From: a virus
Taxonomy: Duplodnaviria > Caudoviricetes
Reading direction: 5' to 3' (one strand)
Length of the DNA stretch: 26,705 nt
IMG/VR virus record: IMGVR_UViG_3300029822_000063
Location: 1-26,705 of that record
A model generated the notes under the pieces. That model did no database searches. It was given only the letters and a program-made list of their open reading frames with translations, and was not told where the DNA came from. Below, piece after piece: positions 15,485 to 22,256 of the stretch (positions within the stretch are counted from its first letter, which is position 1; each line of letters opens with the position of its first letter). Made by a program: the position numbers and the translations under genes.

Positions 15485-15514
15485 AAAGCCCTCGGAGAGA
15501 TCCGGGGGCTTTTT
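15485..15514. terminator. Intrinsic (possibly bidirectional) terminator ending the cassette operon
   Basis: AAAGCCCTCGGA-gaga-TCCGGGGGCTTTTT. Confidence 0.85.
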
Positions 15515-15519
15515 GCGTT

Positions 15520-15789
15520 TGTGACATGCTTGTGACATTTGCCTTTATAGTCAATATACATCAATGTCAACACCGAACACGGGAGCCCTTGCTATTACTG
15601 GCGGGAGTGCGTGGGAATCGAACCCACCCAGGACAGGAGCACTGCCCCGCGACTGGTTTTGAAGATTAGTAGAACAGTGTTTTCTAGTTTTTATAATCCC
15701 TGCAAGCCCTGATTTGTCTATGTTGCTATGTTTCATCGCGGTTTAATGCTCCCTTGTTCTGTGACATGTTTGTGACATGCCTGTGACAT
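15520..15789. other. attP with integrase arm-type sites
   Basis: TGTGACAT direct repeats at 11-bp period: 15520 and 15531 on the left, 15760, 15771 and 15782 on the right. They flank a tRNA fragment next to the integrase 3' end. Confidence 0.88.
15599..15665 (-). tRNA. selC: 3' fragment of tRNA-Sec (attP core identity block; not a full tRNA)
   Basis: Minus strand TCTTCAAAACCAGTCGCGGGGCAGTGCTCCTGTCCTGGGTGGGTTCGATTCCCACGCACTCCCGCCA: UCA anticodon loop, long variable arm, GTTCGA T-loop, GCCA end. The 5' half is absent. Confidence 0.9.
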
Positions 15790-15790
15790 G

Positions 15791-16921
15791 TTACTTCGCA
15801 CGGTTAAATACTTTTTCGTCCAGCAGCTGGGCAATCGACTCCCCTGAGCCGGGGAGAAGGTGGCTGTACGTGTCCATCGTGATCCCGATCCCGGAGTGAC
15901 CCAGCCGGTCAGATATAGCCTTTGGCTGGACCCCCAGGTAAACGAGCAGACTGGCGTGGGTGTGCCGGAGATCGTGGAATCGGATATACGGCAGGTCAGA
16001 TGATTCCAGTATTTTGCCGTAGTAATCCGAGAACGTGCCGGGGTGAAAGTAGTCCCCGGTGTGCCACGGAGAAATAAGGTCCTTATTAATCCAGTACCCT
16101 TCTTCAGCGGCAAGTATTTCCTCGTTCTGCCTGGCTTTGTGTTTAGCTAGTTCCGCGACTATAGACTCCGGCAGGGTGATTGTCCTGCGGGATTTCTTTG
16201 TTTTCGGCTGTTTGACTATGATCTCTTTGTTTGATACCACTATCCCGCTATTGATTGTGATGCGCTTTCTTTTGGCGTCATAATCCTTCCACCGCAGGGC
16301 AAGAACCTCACCACGGCGCAGGCCGCAGGCGCAGGCCAGGAGGACAGGAATATAAAGCCTGGTATCCTTAAATAGCGCCAGGAGGTCAATCACCGTCTGG
16401 ATATCGTAAACATCAGCCTCGTACTTGACTGGCCTGGGGGCTATCACGGCGTCGGCAATATTGCGGAATACCAGCCCCCACTTCAGGGCCATGTCCAGGG
16501 CCTTGTGTAGTAGTCGGTGGTGGTGCAGGACCGTCTGCGCCGAATGCGTTTCCATTTTCTTTTTGTAGTACCGCTGCAGGTCCATAGCCGTCAGTTTTTT
16601 TAAAAGCGTTTTGCCCATCGCCGGCTTGATGTGCTTCTCGATAATAATGTTGTATGTATCAAGCGTGGTCTTGGATAGGGTGGGCTCACAGTACAGCTCG
16701 TACCACTGCTTCAAAAAGCCCTCTACGGTCAGTTTACCGGGATCTGCTAGGAATCCATGGTCTTTTTCGTATTGGATGTCTCTCAGGCGATTCTCAGCAT
16801 CCTCAAGCGCACCATGAATTGTTACTCTTCTTTGATTCCGCTTACCATCAATTCCTTTTTCTGCATCGTATGTGATGACAAATACTCCTGGCCTGACCTC
16901 TTTAATTGATCCCTTGGCCAT
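15791..16921 (-). CDS. int: Tyrosine recombinase (phage integrase)
   Basis: GLRRGEVLAL, RFHDLRHTHA and LGHSGIGITMDTYSH catalytic motifs, plus N-terminal arm-binding and SAM-like regions. Confidence 0.97.
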   Translation of the reverse strand: MAKGSIKEVRPGVFVITYDAEKGIDGKRNQRRVTIHGALEDAENRLRDIQYEKDHGFLADPGKLTVEGFLKQWYELYCEPTLSKTTLDTYNIIIEKHIKPAMGKTLLKKLTAMDLQRYYKKKMETHSAQTVLHHHRLLHKALDMALKWGLVFRNIADAVIAPRPVKYEADVYDIQTVIDLLALFKDTRLYIPVLLACACGLRRGEVLALRWKDYDAKRKRITINSGIVVSNKEIIVKQPKTKKSRRTITLPESIVAELAKHKARQNEEILAAEEGYWINKDLISPWHTGDYFHPGTFSDYYGKILESSDLPYIRFHDLRHTHASLLVYLGVQPKAISDRLGHSGIGITMDTYSHLLPGSGESIAQLLDEKVFNRAK

Positions 16922-17031
16922 TTACTGGCTTCTCCTTTCAGGTATATTTCTTTATACTCAACATTGTAATACACTGTCCCGTCCTTAAATACCACCATCA
17001 TCATTCCGCTTGGAAGTTCCCTGAAAAGCAT
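16822..17031 (-). CDS. Small hypothetical ORF upstream of, and overlapping, the integrase
   Basis: ATG at 17031 after a G-run RBS (MLFRELPSGMMMVVFKDGTVYYNVEY...). The 100-bp overlap with int lowers confidence. Confidence 0.35.
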   Translation of the reverse strand: MLFRELPSGMMMVVFKDGTVYYNVEYKEIYLKGEASKWPRDQLKRSGQEYLSSHTMQKKELMVSGIKEE

Positions 17032-17049
17032 CAACAAGCTGCCCCCCCA

Positions 17050-17080
17050 TGAACTAATGTTCGTATAGTATATATGTTCT
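17050..17080. promoter_or_regulatory. Firmicutes-type LexA (SOS) box plus a degenerate second box upstream of int
   Basis: TGAAC-TAAT-GTTCG at 17050-17063 matches GAAC-N4-GTTC. AGTAT-ATAT-GTTCT at 17067-17080 keeps one half-site. Confidence 0.65.
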
Positions 17081-17133
17081 ATTCTATCACATATATACGA
17101 AAAAAGAAACACGCTTTTGGAGCATGCCCAGAG

Positions 17134-17493
17134 CTATATTTTTCGATCATTTTCGACATTATTTTTATCTTTTCTTTTTATCTGCAACAGGGCGTCAAAA
17201 AGAGATTGCATTTCTTCTTTTGTAATCCCTTGCAATTTATACCCTTTCGCCATTTCAATGAATTCTATTTCGCCATTAACTTCCTCTGGGATTGGTAGGG
17301 TATTGTCCAGCAGTGTATCGGTTGTAACACCGAAAAGCTTGGCAAACACTACGAGAGTCTCGTAATCCGGCCTATTTGGCCCTGTTTCATACTTTGCATA
17401 CGTGCCTCTTTGCAGGCCAGCCAGCTTTGCCACATCGTCCTGCGTCCACCCACGAAGATCCCGGTAGTGTTTTAGTTTTTTATGTATATCCAC
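17134..17493 (-). CDS. CI-like XRE-family repressor (no peptidase domain)
   Basis: LKHYRDLRGWTQDDVAK...YAKYETG...PDYETL...LFGVTTDTLL HTH, AAGGAGG RBS, divergent from cro. Confidence 0.92.
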   Translation of the reverse strand: MDIHKKLKHYRDLRGWTQDDVAKLAGLQRGTYAKYETGPNRPDYETLVVFAKLFGVTTDTLLDNTLPIPEEVNGEIEFIEMAKGYKLQGITKEEMQSLFDALLQIKRKDKNNVENDRKI

Positions 17494-17539
17494 AGGTGTT
17501 AACCTCCTTACTTGCTAATGTATATATATCAGTAATGTG

Positions 17540-17568
17540 ATTATACATAACATTATATACTTATGCAA
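17540..17568 (-). promoter_or_regulatory. Promoter for cI-like repressor
   Basis: Minus strand TTGCAT-17-TATAAT. Confidence 0.7.
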
Positions 17569-17622
17569 ATATAATATTCCGACAATTTATTATAAATTTA
17601 TTATTTTTTTGATAATTACCCC

Positions 17623-17651
17623 TTGACCTGTGCCGAAACATATCATATAAT
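17623..17651 (+). promoter_or_regulatory. Early lytic promoter (cro)
   Basis: TTGACC-17-TATAAT. Confidence 0.8.
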
Positions 17652-17684
17652 GTCTACATAACATCACAAAAAGGAGACACGGAC

Positions 17685-17897
17685 ATGAGAAAATGGCTTA
17701 GGGATTACAGGGGAAACCGCACACAGCAAGCGGTTGCCGATAAAATAGGGATAGAGCGGTCTACTCTGGCCAAGGCCGAACTGGGCGGGTCGATCAGAAT
17801 TGACACGGCAAAAAGGATAGCTAACTTCTACGGATGCAGCTGGGTTCTTTTTTTTGACCCCGAAGGCGACAAATCAGCGCATAAGGATGCTATGTAA
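17685..17897 (+). CDS. Cro-like XRE HTH regulator
   Basis: RTQQAVADKIGIERSTLAKAELG...AKRIANFYG..W..FF. Confidence 0.9.
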   Translation: MRKWLRDYRGNRTQQAVADKIGIERSTLAKAELGGSIRIDTAKRIANFYGCSWVLFFDPEGDKSAHKDAM

Positions 17898-18064
17898 TGG
17901 ACAGGCCGGTCTATACCGTTGAGGAGGTAATGGCGATTCTGGGCAAGAGCCGGAGTTTTGTCTATAAGATGCTCCGGCGCGGGGAAATACCGGCAAAAAA
18001 ACTTGGATCATCTTACATTATACCCAAGAAAATATTTAACGACTGGCTGGAGAAAATCTGCTAG
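17897..18064 (+). CDS. Excisionase-like DNA-binding protein (HTH_17), 55 aa
   Basis: MDRPVYTVEEVMAILGKSRSFVYKMLRRGEIPAKKLGSSYIIPKKIFNDWLEKIC, TAATG-coupled to cro. Not in the ORF track. Confidence 0.88.
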   Translation: MDRPVYTVEEVMAILGKSRSFVYKMLRRGEIPAKKLGSSYIIPKKIFNDWLEKIC

Positions 18065-18092
18065 TTGAACGGTTAGTTAGGAGGTGAACATA

Positions 18093-18293
18093 CTGGCTAA
18101 AGTCATAATGCTGCCGAGTCCCGACACCGGCAAAGTCCCAGACGAGGCCATCCGGCAGGCAATGAAGCCACGCAGACGCTGGAACTGGCGGCGGGCGGCG
18201 GGAAACCTGTTGACAGTGGTGGCAATCGTGGGAGTGGGAGCGTGGTACGGCTGGATGATATTCCTGCCGTGGTGGACAGGCAGTGTGTGGTAG
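18093..18293 (+). CDS. Small single-TM protein, paralog of 19408-19608 (probable CTG start)
   Basis: RRRWNWRR..GNLLT followed by a TM helix. Alignment to the paralog and AGGAGGTG spacing place the start at CTG 18093. Confidence 0.7.
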   Translation: MAKVIMLPSPDTGKVPDEAIRQAMKPRRRWNWRRAAGNLLTVVAIVGVGAWYGWMIFLPWWTGSVW

Positions 18294-18305
18294 AAAGGAG
18301 TGATA

Positions 18306-19271
18306 ATGATAGAAAATCTACAAGAAGTCCTTAGCGCTCACCTAAAATGGATAAATGGTGATGGTGGCAAACGTGCCAACCTGAGCGGTGCCGATCTGAT
18401 CGGTGCCAACCTGAGAGGTGCCAACCTGAGCGGTGCCGATCTGAGAGGTGCCGATCTGATCGGTGCCAACCTGAGAGGTGCCAACCTGAGACGTGCCGAC
18501 CTGAGACATGCCAACCTGAGCGGTGCCAACCTGAGCGGTGCCAACCTGAGAGATGCCGACCTGAGACGTGCCGATCTGATCGGTGCCAACCTGAGACGTG
18601 CCAACCTGAGCGGTGCCGATCTGAGCGGTGCCGATCTGAGCGGTGCCGACCTGAGAGGTGCCAACCTGAGCGGTGCCGATCTGAGCGGTGCCAACCTGAG
18701 ACGTGCCGACCTGAGACATGCCAACCTGAGCGGTGCCGATCTGAGCGGTGCCAACCTGAGACGTGCCAACCTGAGCGGTGCCGATCTGAGCGGTGCCGAT
18801 CTGAGCGGTGCCGATCTGAGACATGCCAACCTGAGAGATGCCGACCTGAGAGGTGCCAACCTGAGAGGTGCCAACCTGAGCGGTGCCAACCTGAGCGGTG
18901 CCATTAATGACCTTGTAAATCCTATTGACTATATTATGCAAAACTTCGAGCGGGTGCCGGATGGAGTCATTGTCTATAAGGCGTTTGGCGAGAACTACTG
19001 CCCGCCGAGCAAGTGGGCGATTATGCCCGGCGCGATTCTGGAGGAAGAAGTCAACTACACCCGCACTTCTGAATGCGCCTGCGGGGTTAATGTGGCAACG
19101 ATGGGCTGGATTGAGAGAAACGCCAGAAGAAATAAAGACGTATGGCGCTGCCTCATCCGCTGGGAATGGCTTCCCGGTGTTTGTGTGCCTTATCACACCA
19201 ATGGCAAGATTCGCGCTGCAAGGGTGATGTTGCTGAAAAATATCGGTACTTCGCGAGAGGACAACGCCTAG
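18306..19271 (+). CDS. Pentapeptide-repeat protein with C-terminal phage domain
   Basis: 35 A(N/D)Lxx repeats, an N-terminal HLKW..G..GKRA cap, and a C-terminal VYKAFG...ECACGVN...GKIR domain. Confidence 0.93.
   Translation: MIENLQEVLSAHLKWINGDGGKRANLSGADLIGANLRGANLSGADLRGADLIGANLRGANLRRADLRHANLSGANLSGANLRDADLRRADLIGANLRRANLSGADLSGADLSGADLRGANLSGADLSGANLRRADLRHANLSGADLSGANLRRANLSGADLSGADLSGADLRHANLRDADLRGANLRGANLSGANLSGAINDLVNPIDYIMQNFERVPDGVIVYKAFGENYCPPSKWAIMPGAILEEEVNYTRTSECACGVNVATMGWIERNARRNKDVWRCLIRWEWLPGVCVPYHTNGKIRAARVMLLKNIGTSREDNA
18375..18899 (+). repeat. 15-bp coding tandem repeat, 35 units
   Basis: Variants of GCCAACCTGAGCGGT; 525 bp. Confidence 0.97.
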
Positions 19272-19407
19272 GGGGGGGGAGAATTCCCCGGCCCGGAGCG
19301 ACCGTGCCGGGGTGAAGGGGGGGATGTGATCGGCGCAATGGCGACGCTTTATAGACAGACCGGCAACCCTCGCAAAATCACTCTTTATCTCAAGGGAGGT
19401 GAACTGA

Positions 19408-19608
19408 TTGGGCAAGGTGATACCGCTGAGGAGGGATGGATACAAGGTTGAGGGTGAGGCCGTCCGCATCGCGATGGATAAGCCACACCGCAGACGCTGG
19501 AACTGGCGCAGGGCGCTGGGCAACCTGCTGACGCTGGCAGGCATCGTGGCAGCAGGACTGTTCCTGGCGTACCTGGCGCTGGGGTGGGTGGCGGGTGAAC
19601 CATGGTAG
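19408..19608 (+). CDS. Small single-TM protein, paralog of 18093-18293
   Basis: GGAGGTG RBS, TTG start, RRRWNWRRALGNLLT followed by a TM helix. Confidence 0.75.
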   Translation: MGKVIPLRRDGYKVEGEAVRIAMDKPHRRRWNWRRALGNLLTLAGIVAAGLFLAYLALGWVAGEPW

Positions 19609-19639
19609 GGTACAGGCCATTAAATAAAAACAAGGAGGC

Positions 19640-19888
19640 ATGAAAATGAGTATTCTCGGCAAAAAGGCAAAGGACAAGGTTACCGGCTTCGAGGGGATTA
19701 TTGTAGGACGCATTGAGTATTTGTTTGGCTGTAATCAATACGGCATAGCCCCGGAAGCAAAAGACGGCAAGGTCAACGACACGCACTGGTTTGACGAGGG
19801 CAGGATAGAAGTTTTAGGTCCTGGCGTAACCGCGGCAGAGGTGCAGACCGAAAGGCCAGGCGGCGTAAACAGGGACTGCCCCAGGTAA
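19640..19888 (+). CDS. Conserved phage hypothetical protein (SH3/KOW-like)
   Basis: LGKKAKDKVTGFEGII...YLFGCNQY...WFDEGRI; AAGGAGG RBS. Confidence 0.85.
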   Translation: MKMSILGKKAKDKVTGFEGIIVGRIEYLFGCNQYGIAPEAKDGKVNDTHWFDEGRIEVLGPGVTAAEVQTERPGGVNRDCPR

Positions 19889-19968
19889 AAAGAAAAGCCG
19901 CCTTCTCCGAGAAGAGCGGTGATGTAAATTTCCAAGAAAATTATACCAGAAACGAGGCGTAAAAGCAA
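19887..19968 (-). promoter_or_regulatory. Antisense promoter immediately followed by a terminator (candidate ~45-nt RNA)
   Basis: Minus strand TTGCTT-17-TATAAT (with TG), then hairpin CCGCTCTTCTCGGAGAAGGCGG and CTTTTCTTTTT. Confidence 0.65.
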
Positions 19969-20178
19969 ATGAAAGTCCGAACAACCTTCTGTCGTATCAC
20001 CTGCCCTTATTGCAAAGGAAGGTCCGTCATACCGGACTGGGAACCGAGATACTGCGCCCATTGCGACGCGGATATCGGCGGGTCAACGGAAAAGCGCCTG
20101 CAAGCGGAGGAATTGACGTACACGATGGCGGTACATCCATTGACTGGGGAGGCATCGGCGTACTTGGAGACAATTTAA
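19969..20178 (+). CDS. Zinc-ribbon hypothetical protein
   Basis: CPYC...CAHC; weak RBS. Confidence 0.55.
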   Translation: MKVRTTFCRITCPYCKGRSVIPDWEPRYCAHCDADIGGSTEKRLQAEELTYTMAVHPLTGEASAYLETI

Positions 20179-20268
20179 GTTTACCCCCTAACTCCTATGG
20201 CCGGGAGCGGCAAACTCCCGGCACCCTGCTGACGCAGGAGGAGTACGAGGGTTTAGAAAGTTAAGCTT

Positions 20269-20384
20269 TGGGGCGGCGGCGTGGCAGCGCTGGGGTAAGC
20301 AGGATTGGAGGACCAGAGGCCTTTCTGCCATATGGCGCTATGGTCAGTGCTGATGGAGTCGGGTGGGGCATCCGACCCGCCCCA
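20269..20384 (+). ncRNA. Candidate tRNA-like structured intergenic RNA
   Basis: TGGGGCGG/CCGCCCCA closing stem with a directly stacked GTCGGG/TCCGAC hairpin. Confidence 0.35.
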
Positions 20385-20442
20385 TATTTAAAACTACCGA
20401 AAGACTGGCGAGTTTATGACACCCTAAGAAGGTGATTATCAA

Positions 20443-20637
20443 ATGCACATCTACCACCACCCCAAGCTGAAGCCGCCTGCGCCCCTGCGTCCCGGCGATA
20501 CCGTCGAACACAAGGATCTGCCTGGCGTGCCCCTCACGGTGGAGTCAGGCCCGGAGGCGGGGCTGACAGGGGATGTATACCGGGTGCTGTGGAACGGCAA
20601 AGAGGTGCGGGTAAAGCGGAATAATCTAGTGATATAA
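20443..20637 (+). CDS. Small SH3/KOW-like hypothetical protein
   Basis: AAGGTGA RBS; LRPGDTVEH...YRVLWNGKEVRVKRNNL. Confidence 0.7.
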   Translation: MHIYHHPKLKPPAPLRPGDTVEHKDLPGVPLTVESGPEAGLTGDVYRVLWNGKEVRVKRNNLVI

Positions 20638-20737
20638 CCCGCCTGTGGTTGGGGTATGACAGAGCTACTGCAAAGCGTAGACGGTCAGTGCGCCGAACGG
20701 GGAGCGGCGAGGCGGGGGATTTTAGGAGGAGATTAAA

Positions 20738-21658
20738 ATTCCAGCGAAATGGTTCACATGCCCAGACGGGCAACAAGCTCTTATATCCGAATGCCTGACT
20801 GGTTGCCGCATAGACGATCAGCTACCAGCCGGCAGATGCCTTTCCTTGCGTACGCTGCGGCTGATTGCAGAACAACGGGAGTGGACAGGCATACCGTCCA
20901 CTACGCAACTGCTCAAAGGGACGCGGGAGGCATACCTAGAGCTTGTCACGGACTATGCTCTAGACCCGCAGGATGAACTCTGGCGGGTAAATGGCACGAA
21001 GGTACACAAACTCCTAGAGCAGTATCACGACAACGCTCTAGGCGAGGAACGGCTGTATGATGAGGTCTGCTCCGGACAGTTTGACTTCTACGACCCGGAT
21101 TCTAAGACGCTGTTCGACTCGAAAACATGGGGCAGCTACAAAATTATGAAAGCGCAGGGACTACAGCAGATAGAGGTCGAAACAGGCGAAGTTTACAAGA
21201 CCGGCGCAAAAAAGGGAAAGCCTAAAACCCGCAAAGAGTGGGTGGAAGGAGGCGAGCCTGACCTGTTCAACGAGGAAATACAGATGAATGACTACCGCAT
21301 GAAATTAGAGGCGGCGGGATTCCCGGTAGAGCGCATGTTTGTCGAAGCACTTTGCCGTGACGGCAACACGTACATGGCGCGACAGAGGGGCATAGAGCAG
21401 GTGGGGGTGCTGATACCGATAAAGCGGTTGCCGGACGAGCAAGTTGCCATATACCTCACCGCAAAGAAACAACGGCTAGAGGCGGCACTTAATGGAGCGA
21501 GGCCAAAAGCCTGCGACGCATACGAAAACTGGGAGGGGCGTAAGTGCGAGCGATATTGCCGCGTAAGGGAGGCGTGCAAAAATGGAGACAAAGCAACTAA
21601 CCAAGAAGTTGGCAAATGTGATGAAGGAAGTAAAATACATCCAGAAAACCGGTTATAA
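20738..21658 (+). CDS. PD-(D/E)XK Cas4-like exonuclease (probable ATT start)
   Basis: GTKVH, SGQFDFYD...LFDSKT, Q...Y motifs and a C-terminal Cys cluster. The frame extends 36 codons upstream of TTG 20846 to an ATT 8 nt after AGGAGG. It is adjacent to ERF and SSB. Confidence 0.8.
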   Translation: MPAKWFTCPDGQQALISECLTGCRIDDQLPAGRCLSLRTLRLIAEQREWTGIPSTTQLLKGTREAYLELVTDYALDPQDELWRVNGTKVHKLLEQYHDNALGEERLYDEVCSGQFDFYDPDSKTLFDSKTWGSYKIMKAQGLQQIEVETGEVYKTGAKKGKPKTRKEWVEGGEPDLFNEEIQMNDYRMKLEAAGFPVERMFVEALCRDGNTYMARQRGIEQVGVLIPIKRLPDEQVAIYLTAKKQRLEAALNGARPKACDAYENWEGRKCERYCRVREACKNGDKATNQEVGKCDEGSKIHPENRL

Positions 21659-22256
21659 CACATTTCACAAGTATAAATACGCTACTGAAGCCGATGTCAA
21701 CGAAAAGGTTAGAGAGGAACTAGCAAAGCAAAACGTGATTATGTTACCCAGCATGATCAACCACGAAATGCGGCTTCACACCAACAGAAACGGCGCGACT
21801 GAATACATTACCCTTGTAGATATGCAATTCACCTTCGTAGATGGCGACACCGGTGAAACTTTCACGGTTAATATGAGTGGCGAGGGGCAGGACGCTGGTG
21901 ACAAAGGCATTTATAAAGCCATAGCAGGGGCGCAAAAATACGCGCTGATGAAAGTGTTCATGATACCGACAGGCGACGACCCTGAGGCAGATGAGGGCGT
22001 GGACGAGCGCAACAGCGGCAAACCAAAGCAGCCGAAGGCAAAGCAATCACCTCAGCAAAAACAAGGCAATTCGGCACCACAAGAGCCGCCGGTCAAATGG
22101 TCTGCGTTCTGGGCGGCGTGGAAGAAACTTGGACTTACTGACACAGATGCCCACGCGATAGCGGGGTGTGAAAGCGTGTCACACTTCACCCGCGCCCAGG
22201 CCAACGAACTAATGGAGAAAGGCAAAATACTGGCGACTGAAAGGAAGTCAATATGA
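21582..22256 (+). CDS. ERF-family single-strand annealing protein
   Basis: KTGYNTFHKYKYA...GEGQDAGDKGIYKA..GAQKYALMKVFMIPTGDDPE. Confidence 0.9.
   Translation: METKQLTKKLANVMKEVKYIQKTGYNTFHKYKYATEADVNEKVREELAKQNVIMLPSMINHEMRLHTNRNGATEYITLVDMQFTFVDGDTGETFTVNMSGEGQDAGDKGIYKAIAGAQKYALMKVFMIPTGDDPEADEGVDERNSGKPKQPKAKQSPQQKQGNSAPQEPPVKWSAFWAAWKKLGLTDTDAHAIAGCESVSHFTRAQANELMEKGKILATERKSI

Noticed and set aside
15599-15700. Complete functional tRNA-Sec gene
   Set aside because: Sequence 5' of the anticodon loop cannot form the anticodon stem, D-arm or acceptor 5' strand. It is an attP fragment.
17530-17670. Specific CI/Cro operator sequences (TGTG...ACA-type imperfect repeats)
   Set aside because: Operators are expected here, but the candidates are too degenerate in AT-rich DNA to define confidently.
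19285-19311. GC-rich hairpin CCCCGGC...GCCGGGG after the pentapeptide gene as a terminator
   Set aside because: There is no U-tract on either strand, so its function is undetermined.
18338-19544. Long minus-strand ORFs (188 and 400 aa)
   Set aside because: They are shadows of the stop-free 15-bp tandem repeat in the pentapeptide gene.
20738-21658. Cas4-like gene as part of a CRISPR-Cas locus
   Set aside because: Its context is ERF + SSB, the usual phage recombination module; there are no cas1/cas2 genes and no array.
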